Source: an uncultured Chloroflexia bacterium
GTDB taxonomy: Bacteria > Chloroflexota > Limnocylindria > Limnocylindrales > CSP1-4
Direction: 5' to 3'
NCBI GenBank assembly: GCA_963748625.1
Contig: CAVVJT010000007.1
Span: 1,024,001 to 1,088,000, forward strand
Length of the DNA: 64,000 nt
Part shown: in pieces, positions 30,039-38,830 of the stretch
Layout: each line of letters opens with the position of its first letter
Position numbering within the stretch: position 1 is the first letter of the stretch
Translations under genes and position numbers: made by a program
Notes under the pieces: model-generated
Seen by the model: only the letters and a program-made list of their open reading frames with translations
Told to the model about the DNA's origin: nothing
Database searches by the model: none

Positions 30039-30455
30039 ATGTTCCAGGATCGCTACACGCTTGGAGTCCGCGTCAGCGGCGACATCGCCACGGTCCGCGC
30101 GACCACGACGGACGCCCTCAAGGCCGAGGGCTTCGGCGTCCTGACGGAGATCGATATGGCCGCGACGCTGCGCGCGAAGCTGGGCGTGGAGATGGCCCCG
30201 TACCTGATCCTGGGCGCCTGCAACCCACCCTTCGCCCACAGCGCCGTGACGGCGGACCCTTCGATCGGCGCCCTCCTGCCCTGCAACGTCGTCCTGCGGG
30301 CCGACGGGGACGCCGTGATCCTCGAGATCATGGATCCGGCGAAGGTCCTCGCCCTGGTCGGGATGCCCGAGGTCGATGCCGTCGGCGCCGATGTCCGGGC
30401 ACGCCTGGTCCGGGTCGTCGAGGCGGTCGCTGCCGCCACGTCCACCAGCGCCTGA
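30039..30455 (+). CDS. DUF302-family protein
   Basis: LKAEGFGVLTEID, ILGACNP, IGALLPCNVV. Confidence 0.92.
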   Translation: MFQDRYTLGVRVSGDIATVRATTTDALKAEGFGVLTEIDMAATLRAKLGVEMAPYLILGACNPPFAHSAVTADPSIGALLPCNVVLRADGDAVILEIMDPAKVLALVGMPEVDAVGADVRARLVRVVEAVAAATSTSA

Positions 30456-30539
30456 GCGGAGCCCCCGGCGCCGCCTGCCCTGCTCCCTGCGCCGCCCACC
30501 CTGCCCCCACGTCCACCCGCGCCTGAACGGAGCCCAGCC

Positions 30540-31037
30540 ATGGCCATCAAGCACGCAACCGTCACGCTCGCCGGGGGCGACATGCGCTTCGAGGCGCGCG
30601 TCGGCTCCGGGCACACCATCGTCATGGACAACGGCGAGGGCGACACCGGCGCCCGGCCCGCGGAGCTCGTGGGGGTGGCCCTGGCCGGCTGCACCGGCAT
30701 GGACGTGATCTCCATCCTGCGCAAGAAGCGCCAGGCCGTCAGCGGCTACGAGATCCGCGTCGAGGGCATCCAGATCGAGGAGCATCCGAACAGCTTCACG
30801 CAGTTCACCGTGACGCACGTCGTGACGGGCGAGGCGGTCGATCCCGAGGCGGTCCGGCGGGCGGTCGAGCTGTCCGCGACCAAGTACTGCTCGGTGGGCT
30901 CCACGCTGGCATCGGGCGGGCTCACGATCAGCCACCGGTTCGCCGTGCTGGGCCCGGGCGGGGCCGAGGTTGCCGCCGGCGAGGTGCTCGTGATCGGTCC
31001 GCACGAGGCTCCAGCGGCGCTGGCCGCAAGGGCGTAG
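30540..31037 (+). CDS. OsmC-family protein (YhfA-like)
   Basis: RPAEL, LAGCTGMDV, LSATKYCSV. Confidence 0.92.
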   Translation: MAIKHATVTLAGGDMRFEARVGSGHTIVMDNGEGDTGARPAELVGVALAGCTGMDVISILRKKRQAVSGYEIRVEGIQIEEHPNSFTQFTVTHVVTGEAVDPEAVRRAVELSATKYCSVGSTLASGGLTISHRFAVLGPGGAEVAAGEVLVIGPHEAPAALAARA

Positions 31038-31146
31038 CGCCGGCTCTCCCCTCGGGTCTTCTCCCGACTCCGCCCCGGGTCACCCAGGCACGGCTCCCGC
31101 ATGGCGCATCCACCAACGTCGAGGTTCGTGGACGTCATGTGCACAA

Positions 31147-31176
31147 CGACTCCGCTGGTGACTCCCAGCGGAGTCG
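31147..31176. terminator. 12-bp hairpin between convergent genes
   Basis: CGACTCCGCTGG-TGACTC-CCAGCGGAGTCG. Confidence 0.45.
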
Positions 31177-31277
31177 CGTCGGAGCGGCGAACCGCCCCGT
31201 GCAGGCGGCCGCGAACCGCCCGTGGAGGCTGCCGCTAAGCGCCGCCAGTGTGCCGAGGAACTGCCCGGGTGCCCCCG

Positions 31278-31604
31278 TCAGGCCGGGACGGCGGCCTTGA
31301 CCGTGACGCCGGCGATGCGGAGGCTCGGCGGGAGCGTGTCCAGCTCGGCCTCGGTCATGCCCGGGCCAGTCAGGGAGCCGTCGGCGTCGAAGAAGTCCGC
31401 GTAGCGGTCCTTGTGCTCGGCGGCGAACGCAAAGGCACTCGCGATACCCATGAGCTTGAGCTCCGGGTGGTCCTTGAGCAGGTCCGTCACGGTGTAGCCG
31501 TTCGCACGGAGCTCCAGCACCTGGCGCACCGTGAGACGGGAGCCATAGCAGAAGGGCTCGCCGTTCATCACGAGCGGGTCTTCCTTGACCCACTTGATCG
31601 TCAT
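31278..31604 (-). CDS. DUF433-domain protein
   Basis: DPLVMNGEPFCYGSRLTVRQVL...DLLKDHPEL. Confidence 0.85.
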   Translation of the reverse strand: MTIKWVKEDPLVMNGEPFCYGSRLTVRQVLELRANGYTVTDLLKDHPELKLMGIASAFAFAAEHKDRYADFFDADGSLTGPGMTEAELDTLPPSLRIAGVTVKAAVPA

Positions 31605-31606
31605 CG

Positions 31607-32089
31607 CTAGATGCCCCGGTAGAGCTTTTCGACGATGGGGTTCTTCTTGCGAGCGTCGCCCGACAGGCGCCGGTACCAGGCGTAGACCTTCACGGCCTCA
31701 TCGAGCGCGGCATCCGCGGGAACCATCTCGTCATCCGAGAGGACGCCACGTGCGGCCGTGCGCAGGCCCTCGAGGATGCGGCAGACATCGTCCATCGGCA
31801 CCTCGCGGCGGCGGAAGACCGGCGCGGCCTGATCGGCGAACTCCTTCAGCCAGTGGCTGTCGCTGCCGGCCACGCAGAGGGCCAGGCGATCGACGTGCAC
31901 CTGCGCGTCCTTGAGCAGGCCCCGCAGGGCGACGTCGTCGAACCGGGTGCGGATCGTGGGATCGGCGTCCACAGCCACCTCGAGCGCACGGGCGGCGAGC
32001 GCTGCGCGGTGCGTCCGGAGACGAGCGGCGGCGTCCGGGAACCCGGCCTGGAGGCTGCGCGGCGGAAGACCAAGCGACGGATGGCTCAC
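31607..32089 (-). CDS. hypothetical all-helical protein, possibly globin/phycobiliprotein-like fold
   Basis: GTG 8 nt after TAGACT; GC-rich third positions; stop 2 nt before the DUF433 start. Confidence 0.7.
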   Translation of the reverse strand: MSHPSLGLPPRSLQAGFPDAAARLRTHRAALAARALEVAVDADPTIRTRFDDVALRGLLKDAQVHVDRLALCVAGSDSHWLKEFADQAAPVFRRREVPMDDVCRILEGLRTAARGVLSDDEMVPADAALDEAVKVYAWYRRLSGDARKKNPIVEKLYRGI

Positions 32090-32138
32090 GAGCGGGAAGT
32101 CTACCGCGTTCGTGCGCCCGCGCGTAGCATCTGTCCCC

Positions 32139-32567
32139 ATGACCAACCGCCCGAATCCAGCCCCTTCGGTCGTCGAAGCCCGCGCTCGCGCCCGCCGCCG
32201 GCGCTCCATCGCGGGCGCCGTCGTCGTCGCCGATGTCGCCGTCCTCGCCTGGCTCCTGCTCGCGATGGCCGGGCTCGACCCGGCACTCCTGGTGGTCGCC
32301 GCGTTCGCCGGCTGGCTGATCGCGCTGTCGCTCGTCTGGTATGGCCGCGGCACCGCCGTGCCCGAATCGAGGATGCGGATGGGCGTGGCTGCGCTTCTGG
32401 GCGGCTGGGTGGTCGTGGGCGGCATGCTCCTGGACTGGATCGTGTCGATCACGGTGCTGGAGGGCGCGCTCGGACCGCTCGACTACGTCGTGGCGCGGTA
32501 CGGCGTCGTGCTCCCCGTGCTCGCACTCGCGCTCGGTCCGGCGGTGGCGGCGTTCAGGGCGCGCTGA
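32139..32567 (+). CDS. hypothetical membrane protein (about 4 TM)
   Basis: TAGCAT-N8-ATG; hydrophobic helices. Confidence 0.75.
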   Translation: MTNRPNPAPSVVEARARARRRRSIAGAVVVADVAVLAWLLLAMAGLDPALLVVAAFAGWLIALSLVWYGRGTAVPESRMRMGVAALLGGWVVVGGMLLDWIVSITVLEGALGPLDYVVARYGVVLPVLALALGPAVAAFRAR

Positions 32568-32603
32568 TCCCGGTCGCCATCCGGGCGGTGGCATCCGGCG
32601 GCC

Positions 32604-33131
32604 TCACCGCTGGAGGCGCTCCGGGTTTGGCGCGCGACGCTCGCCGTGCGCGGCGTGGTCGGCGGCGGTGCGGCGGGCCTCGTCGAGGCGGGCCTGGAGC
32701 TCAGGGTCAAGGGGGATGGCGCGGTGCGTTGCGGATGCCAGCGTCGCCGCCGGAGCGATCGCGGATGGAGCCGGGACCTCGCCCATCCCCTGGCCCGCGC
32801 CCACCCCGCCGGTCTCGCCCTTGAACGGCATGTGCTGGCGCTCGACGGCGTCGAGGCTCATCCGCAGCGCGGCCGTCTTCTGGCCGGCGACCTCGCGAAC
32901 GTACACCGCCTCCTCGTCGTCGGTCATCGGTCTGCCGCGGACGATGCCCTTCGGCTTGCCGACCATCAGCCAGGCGAGGTGGTACCGGTCCATGGATCCC
33001 CAGGCCGTCGCGAGGAGGTCGTCGGACAGCTGGAGCCAGGTCTGGAGGGCGGTCAGCGAGGGGTCGGCGCCGAGGCGCTCGCCCTCGGCGATCAGCTGGC
33101 GGGTGCGCAGGATCAGCTCGTCACGGGTCAC
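32604..33131 (-). CDS. hypothetical protein
   Basis: TAGACT-N6-GTG; protein-like composition. Confidence 0.75.
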   Translation of the reverse strand: MTRDELILRTRQLIAEGERLGADPSLTALQTWLQLSDDLLATAWGSMDRYHLAWLMVGKPKGIVRGRPMTDDEEAVYVREVAGQKTAALRMSLDAVERQHMPFKGETGGVGAGQGMGEVPAPSAIAPAATLASATHRAIPLDPELQARLDEARRTAADHAAHGERRAPNPERLQR

Positions 33132-33420
33132 GCGGCCAGTCTAGACCGGTGTCGGGATGAGGGCCGTGCGCGGCATGTCGCGCGCCGCGCGCACCGGGGC
33201 GAGGGTCCCGGGCGTACCTGCCATGGACGCGGCGCCCATGAATCGTCGCTTAGGGCCGCTACGGGTCGCGTCGGGCGCGCTTCAGCGACTGTTGGGACGA
33301 GTCTCGCAGACGCTCCGTCCATGATTGCGCCCCTGGACCGCGCACCGGGCCCCCGCACCGACGTTTCACAGGCGCTCCGTCCATGGGCAGCGGCGGCGAA
33401 GGGAGGTAGGCTGCGCAGCC

Positions 33421-34085
33421 ATGGTCCGCCTCGAACCGCACCGCATCGCCTGGTTCGCCTCGCCCGCGGAGCTTCGCGCGTGGCTGGTCGCCAACCACGA
33501 GACCGAGACGGAGCTCTGGGTGGGCATGCGCCGCAAGGCATCGGGCATGCCGTCTGTCACCTGGGAGCAGGTGGTGGACGAGGTCCTCTGCGTGGGCTGG
33601 ATCGACGGCGTCCGCATGGGCGTCGACGACGGCTCGTGCATCCGCATCACGCCCCGGAGGAAGGGGTCGATCTGGAGCACTCGCAACGTCGGGCGGGTGG
33701 AGGCCCTGCGGGCAGAAGGCCGGATGCTGCCCGCGGGCGAGGCCGCCTTTGCCGTCCGGCGTGAGGACCGCACGGCCATCTACCTGTACGAGCGCGAGGG
33801 TGCGATGGACGAGGCCGCGATCGCCGCCATCCGCGATGCAGGCGGCTGGGACTTCTTCGCAGCCCAGTCCATGACATACCGGCGTGCCGCGACCGCCTCG
33901 ATCATGACCGCCAAGCGCCCCGAGACCCGGGCCAAGCGCCTCGCCCAGGTGGTCGACGCATCCGCTGCCGGGATTCGGGCGCCATCGCTTGCGCCACCGG
34001 GCCGCGCGACGGAGCCCCGCGCGACGGAGCCCCGCGCGACGGAGCCCGCGCGACGGAGCGCCGCGAGGACCCCTCCTCGGACTAG
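33421..34085 (+). CDS. YdeI/OmpD-associated family protein (reads through into the next gene as assembled)
   Basis: LRAWL, LCVGWIDG, TPRRKGSIWS..N, AKRPETRAKRL. Restoring one C near 34047 gives a stop at TAG 34083-34085. Confidence 0.85.
34002..34059 (+). repeat. 15-bp tandem repeat, about 4 copies (RATEP)
   Basis: CCGCGCGACGGAGCC x3, then a fourth copy one C short. Confidence 0.9.
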
Positions 34086-34095
34086 CCTGTCGGGC

Positions 34096-35226
34096 ATGAC
34101 CCGTATCGCCATCTTCAGCGTGTCGGCAGGCGCCGGCCATGTCCGCGCCGCGCACGCGCTCGAGGCGGCCGCCGCCCGAATGCCCGGTGTCGAGGCCGTG
34201 CATGTGGACGTCATGAGCCTCGTCCCCGCCCCGTTCCGCAAGACGTACACCGACGGTTACATCAAGGTCATCGAGACCAGCCCGGCCTTCTGGGGCTACC
34301 TCTACGCCCGCACGGACACGGCCGACGTGGACTCCGCGTTCACCCGCATGCGCGAGGCGATCGAGCGGCTCAACACGCGCAAGTTCGACGCGTGCCTGCG
34401 GTCCATCGCGCCGGACGCCGTGATCTGCACGCACTTCCTGCCCGCCCAGCTGCTGTCGCGCAAGATCGCCAAGGGCTCGTTCGATGCGCCGGTATGGGTG
34501 CAGGTGACCGACTTCGACCTTCACGCGAGCTGGGTGCACGAGCACATGGCGGGCTATCTGGCAGCCGACGACGAGGTCGCCTGGAGGATGGCGGAGCGAG
34601 GCATCCCCGCCGCGAACGTCCACATCACGGGCATCCCGGTCGTGCCGGCGTTCGGTCAGGACCTCTCGCGAGAGGTGTGCGCCGCGGAGGTGGGGCTCGA
34701 TCCCACCCGACCGACGGTCCTGCTGATCGCGGGGGCCGCAGGCACCACTGGCATCGAGGGGATGGTGGACCGGCTCCTCGCGCTCGACGAGCGGCTCCAG
34801 CTGATCGCGCTGGCCGGACGCAACGAGCGATTGCTCGGGCGGCTGCAGCGGCGTGCGGCGCGCTCGGGCGGGCGACTTGTCGCGAGCGGGTTCACCACCA
34901 CGATCGAGCGGCTCATGGCGGCATCGGACGTGGCGGTCACCAAGTCGGGCGGGTTGACCACGTCCGAGTGCCTGGCGATGGGCCTGCCGATGATCGTGGT
35001 CTCGCCGATCCCCGGGCAGGAGGAGCGCAACGCCCGTTTCCTGCTGGAGCACGGGGCGGCGCTCCAGGCGGACGACGTGTCGTCGCTGGCGTACCGCGTC
35101 TCGCGCCTGATCTCGGAGCCGGACACGCTCGAGGAGCTGCGCCGCAACGCGAAGGCGCTGGGCAAGCCCGGCGCCGCCCGACGGGTGCTGGAGCTGGTGG
35201 CAGGCGGGGCGCGCCAGCCGACCTGA
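34096..35226 (+). CDS. MGDG synthase/UgtP-like glycosyltransferase (GT28)
   Basis: SAGAGHVRAA, CTHFLP, VTDFDLH..W, TGIPV, TKSGGLT, PIPGQEERNA. Confidence 0.9.
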   Translation: MTRIAIFSVSAGAGHVRAAHALEAAAARMPGVEAVHVDVMSLVPAPFRKTYTDGYIKVIETSPAFWGYLYARTDTADVDSAFTRMREAIERLNTRKFDACLRSIAPDAVICTHFLPAQLLSRKIAKGSFDAPVWVQVTDFDLHASWVHEHMAGYLAADDEVAWRMAERGIPAANVHITGIPVVPAFGQDLSREVCAAEVGLDPTRPTVLLIAGAAGTTGIEGMVDRLLALDERLQLIALAGRNERLLGRLQRRAARSGGRLVASGFTTTIERLMAASDVAVTKSGGLTTSECLAMGLPMIVVSPIPGQEERNARFLLEHGAALQADDVSSLAYRVSRLISEPDTLEELRRNAKALGKPGAARRVLELVAGGARQPT

Positions 35227-35339
35227 GCCGCGCTGCGGCTGACGGGCCGGCTGCTTGGGCAACCGCCCCACAGGACGTGTTGCCGGCTGTTGGTGAGGAG
35301 TCGACACCCGCGCACCGCTTGGCTTGACTCGAGGGGTTG

Positions 35340-35777
35340 ATGACGGATGGCAGGTTGCATCCCATCGAGCGCACGACGAAGATCGAGGGAGCGTCCGAAG
35401 GAGTGGGGAAGCCGATCGTGTCTTCGCTCGAGATCGTCGCGATCGTGGCGTTCGGGACGCTCGCTCTCGGCTACACGATCGTCCGCGGTCCGCGTCCCGA
35501 CCCGAAGCTGGCCGCCGAGTCGCCCTGGAAGATCGTCGGCGAAGTCGTCCGCCTGATGGTCGGCGTGTCCCTGTGGAGCCTCCTGCTGATCTCCGTGCCG
35601 CGCGAGGTTGGGATCACTCTCGCGGTCGGGAGCACGGCGCTCGCCGTTGCTGCCGGCACCCAGTGGCATCGCCGCCGGGCCCGCAGGGCTGCCGGGCCGG
35701 ATCGACCCGGACTGGATCAGTCCGGGTCGGCAGCCGAGAGAGCACCATGTCGGGCCGGTAGCCCACCTTGTCCATGA
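35340..35777 (+). CDS. hypothetical membrane protein
   Basis: GAGGGG SD, three hydrophobic segments, ATGA overlap with next gene. Confidence 0.55.
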   Translation: MTDGRLHPIERTTKIEGASEGVGKPIVSSLEIVAIVAFGTLALGYTIVRGPRPDPKLAAESPWKIVGEVVRLMVGVSLWSLLLISVPREVGITLAVGSTALAVAAGTQWHRRRARRAAGPDRPGLDQSGSAAERAPCRAGSPPCP

Positions 35778-36307
35778 CGATCCGCCAGACGCCGATGCGG
35801 GTGTCGCTTGCCGGCCCGTTGACTGCGGGTTCAACGGGCGTCGGGGTCCGCCGGGAACCGGTGGCGGGCCGGGCGTGTCGTGGGATCTCCGTCCTGGCGC
35901 TGGTCGCAGCGACACTGGCTGTTGTGGCTGGATGCGCGGCACCAGGTGGCAGCTTGCCGCCCCTGCCCCTCGCCCGTGACCTGCCGGCGGACACCAGCTG
36001 GCGCCTGCCGACGACGTCCCCGCCCAACCTCGTCGACGCGGGCCTGAGCTCGGGCAACGACACGCCGATCATCAGCTTCTACTCGCTCAACGAGCCGATC
36101 GTCTCGGTGTGTCAGGCCACTCGGGAGCAATGCCTGAGTCTCCTGCCGACCGCCCAGGTGATCCCGAGGTCCGACACCGGGCCGGACGTGACCGTGCTGA
36201 TCGAGGCGGGCGAGAACGGCGTCCGCCCACTGACCGAGGAACTCGAGCGCTACTGGACGGACGTCGACCTCGCCGCAGGCCGACCCGCCTGGCTGGGCGC
36301 CCCGTAG
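35774..36307 (+). CDS. hypothetical lipoprotein
   Basis: Hydrophobic stretch ending in VAGC lipobox; start uncertain. Confidence 0.6.
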   Translation: MTIRQTPMRVSLAGPLTAGSTGVGVRREPVAGRACRGISVLALVAATLAVVAGCAAPGGSLPPLPLARDLPADTSWRLPTTSPPNLVDAGLSSGNDTPIISFYSLNEPIVSVCQATREQCLSLLPTAQVIPRSDTGPDVTVLIEAGENGVRPLTEELERYWTDVDLAAGRPAWLGAP

Positions 36308-36315
36308 GCCCCCGC

Positions 36316-37221
36316 CTACGCGCCGAAGATCGCCTCGCGGTCCGCGCGCGCGCGCAGCGTCCACGGACCGGGCACGCCCTCACCGATCGGATGGCCGTTG
36401 AAGCGCGTGATCGGCAGAACGCCGGCAACCGACGAGCACATGAACGCCTCTGATGCGACCGCCAGCTCATCGGGCGTCAGCCACCCCTCGACCGGGCGCA
36501 GGCCCACCGATGCTCCCCAGCGGAGCAGCCAGGATCGGGTGGTGCCGGGCAGGATCGCGCAGTCCAGCGAGGGGGTCGCAAGCTCGATGACACCATCGGC
36601 AGCCGGGCGTACCAGGAAGATGTTGGCGGTGGTGGCCTCGGACAGGTGGCCGCTCACGGTGAGGAAGACGGCGTCCTCGGCGCCGGCGCGGCGGGCCTCC
36701 AGGCGAGCGTAGACGTAGTCAGCGCGCGAGGTCGTCTTGAGCGAGACGATCGGATTGCCTGGATCGCGCCGCACGGCCGATGCGACCACGGACAGGCCGC
36801 GCGCCAGGTGGTCCGCCGGGGGCGGGGTCACGGGCCAGGCCTGGATGACGATCGTGGGCTCAAGGTGCTCGGACAGCGGCGGCAGGAGCCCGCGCGACAT
36901 CCACACGCCGCGGGACGCGGTGATCCGGACGGACGCGTCGCCCTCCGGGCCGTCGAGCCCCTCGGCCGTGAGGAGCGCACCGATCCCCAGACCGACCCGC
37001 GCCCCCACGTCGTCGGGCAGATCGATCCCCAGGCCGACCGCCGACCGCCGGAGACGCGCGACGTGCTCCGCGAGCTCCGTGCAGCGGCCGGCCTTGGCGC
37101 GCAGCGTCTCGAAGATGCCGTCGCCCAGCTGGAAGCCCCGGTCGAAGACGGAGAGGTGGGCGCCCTCGGCCGGCACCAGGGACCCGTCAACCCAAACGAA
37201 CCGCGGCGCCGGGCCGATCAC
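36316..37221 (-). CDS. aminotransferase class IV (4-amino-4-deoxychorismate lyase-like)
   Basis: DRGFQLGDGIFET, LKTTS, EATTANIF, ILPGTTR; adjacent to a pabB-like gene. Confidence 0.92.
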   Translation of the reverse strand: MIGPAPRFVWVDGSLVPAEGAHLSVFDRGFQLGDGIFETLRAKAGRCTELAEHVARLRRSAVGLGIDLPDDVGARVGLGIGALLTAEGLDGPEGDASVRITASRGVWMSRGLLPPLSEHLEPTIVIQAWPVTPPPADHLARGLSVVASAVRRDPGNPIVSLKTTSRADYVYARLEARRAGAEDAVFLTVSGHLSEATTANIFLVRPAADGVIELATPSLDCAILPGTTRSWLLRWGASVGLRPVEGWLTPDELAVASEAFMCSSVAGVLPITRFNGHPIGEGVPGPWTLRARADREAIFGA

Positions 37222-37294
37222 CGGGCCACCTCGGCTGCGCCGCTCATCGGTCCACCTCGGCGTCGCCGATCACCGGGCCACCTCGGCTGCGCCG
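37213..37294 (-). repeat. 26-bp tandem triplication carrying SD and overlapping stop/start
   Basis: Minus-strand units GCAGCCGAGGTGGCCCGGTGATCGGC / GACGCCGAGGTGGACCGATGAGCGGC / GCAGCCGAGGTGGCCCGGTGATCGGC. Confidence 0.9.
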
Positions 37295-38784
37295 ATCGAG
37301 CCCAGCGGTCCCCGGGCCTTCGCCACCGTCTCGTCCCACTCGCCCTCCGGGTCGCTGCGGTAGGTGATGCCGCCGCCAACGTGCAGCGTGAGGCGCTCGC
37401 CGTCGGCCACGAAGGTCCGGATCAGGATCGACGAGCCCAGCCGTCCATCCGGTCCCAGCCACAGCATCGAGCCGCAGTAGGGTCCACGGCGCACGGGTTC
37501 GAGCCCCTCGATGATCTCCATCGCGCGGATCTTCGGCGCACCGGTGATCGAACCGCCCGGGAAGGAGGCGGCCAGCAGGTCGAACGCGTCCCGACCAGGG
37601 GCAAGGCGGCCCGACACGGTGGTCACCAGGTGCTGGACGGTCGCGGTCCGCTCGGGGCGGAGCAGCCTGGGCACCCGCACGGATCCCGGCACGCAGACGC
37701 GCCCGAGATCGTTGCGCAGGACGTCCACGATCATCACGTTCTCGGCCTGGTCCTTGCGCGACGCGAGCAGCTCGCGCAGGAGCGCGCGGTCCTCGGCGGC
37801 GCTGCGGCCACGGGGCCGGGTGCCCTTGATCGGGTCGGTGGAGACGGTGCCGTCGGTGTCGACCGCGAGGAACGGCTCCGGGGAGGCGGAGAGTAGCGCC
37901 CGCGGTGCGCCCGTGGCGGGGGACGGCCCGATGTCCAGGTAGGCAGCGAACAGCGCAGGGTCGCCCGTGCGGAGGCGCCGGAAGATGTGCCACGGGTCCC
38001 CGCGGTAGGGGGCCTCCAGGCGGCGCGTCAGGTTGGCCTGGTAGATCTCGCCGCGTCCGATGGCGGCACGCACTCGCTCGACACCATCGATCCAGGCGGC
38101 TTTCGGCGTGGCCGAGACGAAGGTGGTCGGGATCACGCCCTCGCGTGGGTCGGCGAAGCGCGGCACGGGGCTGGGATCGGGCAGGCGGCCGTCGAGGTAC
38201 CCGCGGACCCGGGCGGCGATGGACGCCTCGCGGCGGCGGGCGGCGGCGGCGTCACCATCGAGTGTGCGGACGGCGAGCCATGCGGTGGCAGTCCGCCGGT
38301 CCCAGGCGATCGCCCAGTCATGGAGCGCCAGCCGCATCACCGGCAGGTGCTGGTCCACACGGGCGAGCGTCGGCAGGACCTCGAGGCGGCGGCCCAGATC
38401 GTAGGAGAGATAGCCCACGAGGCCGCCGGCAAAAGGCGGCGTGGCGGCGAGCTCACGACCAGTCTCGATCGCCTGCTCGTCCGGAGCCGGGCCAGATCCC
38501 AGCCTGCCCAGGAGCACACGGGCTTCCGCGAACGGGTCCGGCCCCTCCGACGGTGCGTCCAGCACGGCAACCGGGTCGGCGGTCAGGAAGCTCCACCGAC
38601 CAGTACGCCCGGGCCTGGCGCTCTCGAGCAGCGCGAGTCCCGGCAGGTCGCGGAAGGCCTCGGCGGCATCCATCGGGGCCACGCCGTCGAGCTCCGGCAG
38701 CCGCAGGAGACGCGACGGGACCGCGACGCCTGCTGGCGCAGGGCTGCTTCGGTGGGCGAGACTGGCGTCCGGAGTCGGGGGCAC
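37270..38784 (-). CDS. pabB: aminodeoxychorismate synthase component I
   Basis: GYLSYDLG, GEIYQANL, SASPE, PIKGTRPR, ENVMIVDVLRNDLGR, FPGGSITGAPK. Confidence 0.88.
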   Translation of the reverse strand: MPPTPDASLAHRSSPAPAGVAVPSRLLRLPELDGVAPMDAAEAFRDLPGLALLESARPGRTGRWSFLTADPVAVLDAPSEGPDPFAEARVLLGRLGSGPAPDEQAIETGRELAATPPFAGGLVGYLSYDLGRRLEVLPTLARVDQHLPVMRLALHDWAIAWDRRTATAWLAVRTLDGDAAAARRREASIAARVRGYLDGRLPDPSPVPRFADPREGVIPTTFVSATPKAAWIDGVERVRAAIGRGEIYQANLTRRLEAPYRGDPWHIFRRLRTGDPALFAAYLDIGPSPATGAPRALLSASPEPFLAVDTDGTVSTDPIKGTRPRGRSAAEDRALLRELLASRKDQAENVMIVDVLRNDLGRVCVPGSVRVPRLLRPERTATVQHLVTTVSGRLAPGRDAFDLLAASFPGGSITGAPKIRAMEIIEGLEPVRRGPYCGSMLWLGPDGRLGSSILIRTFVADGERLTLHVGGGITYRSDPEGEWDETVAKARGPLGSIGAAEVAR

Positions 38785-38830
38785 CCGGCGATGATAGGCG
38801 TGCTGCAGGGAAGCGGCCCACCTCGAATGC

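Noticed and set aside
31040-31275. tRNA or riboswitch in long GC-rich intergenic gaps (also 22885-23250, 45995-46420, 59592-59730)
   Set aside because: No cloverleaf, T-loop or recognisable aptamer consensus by eye; an Rfam scan would be needed to exclude them fully.
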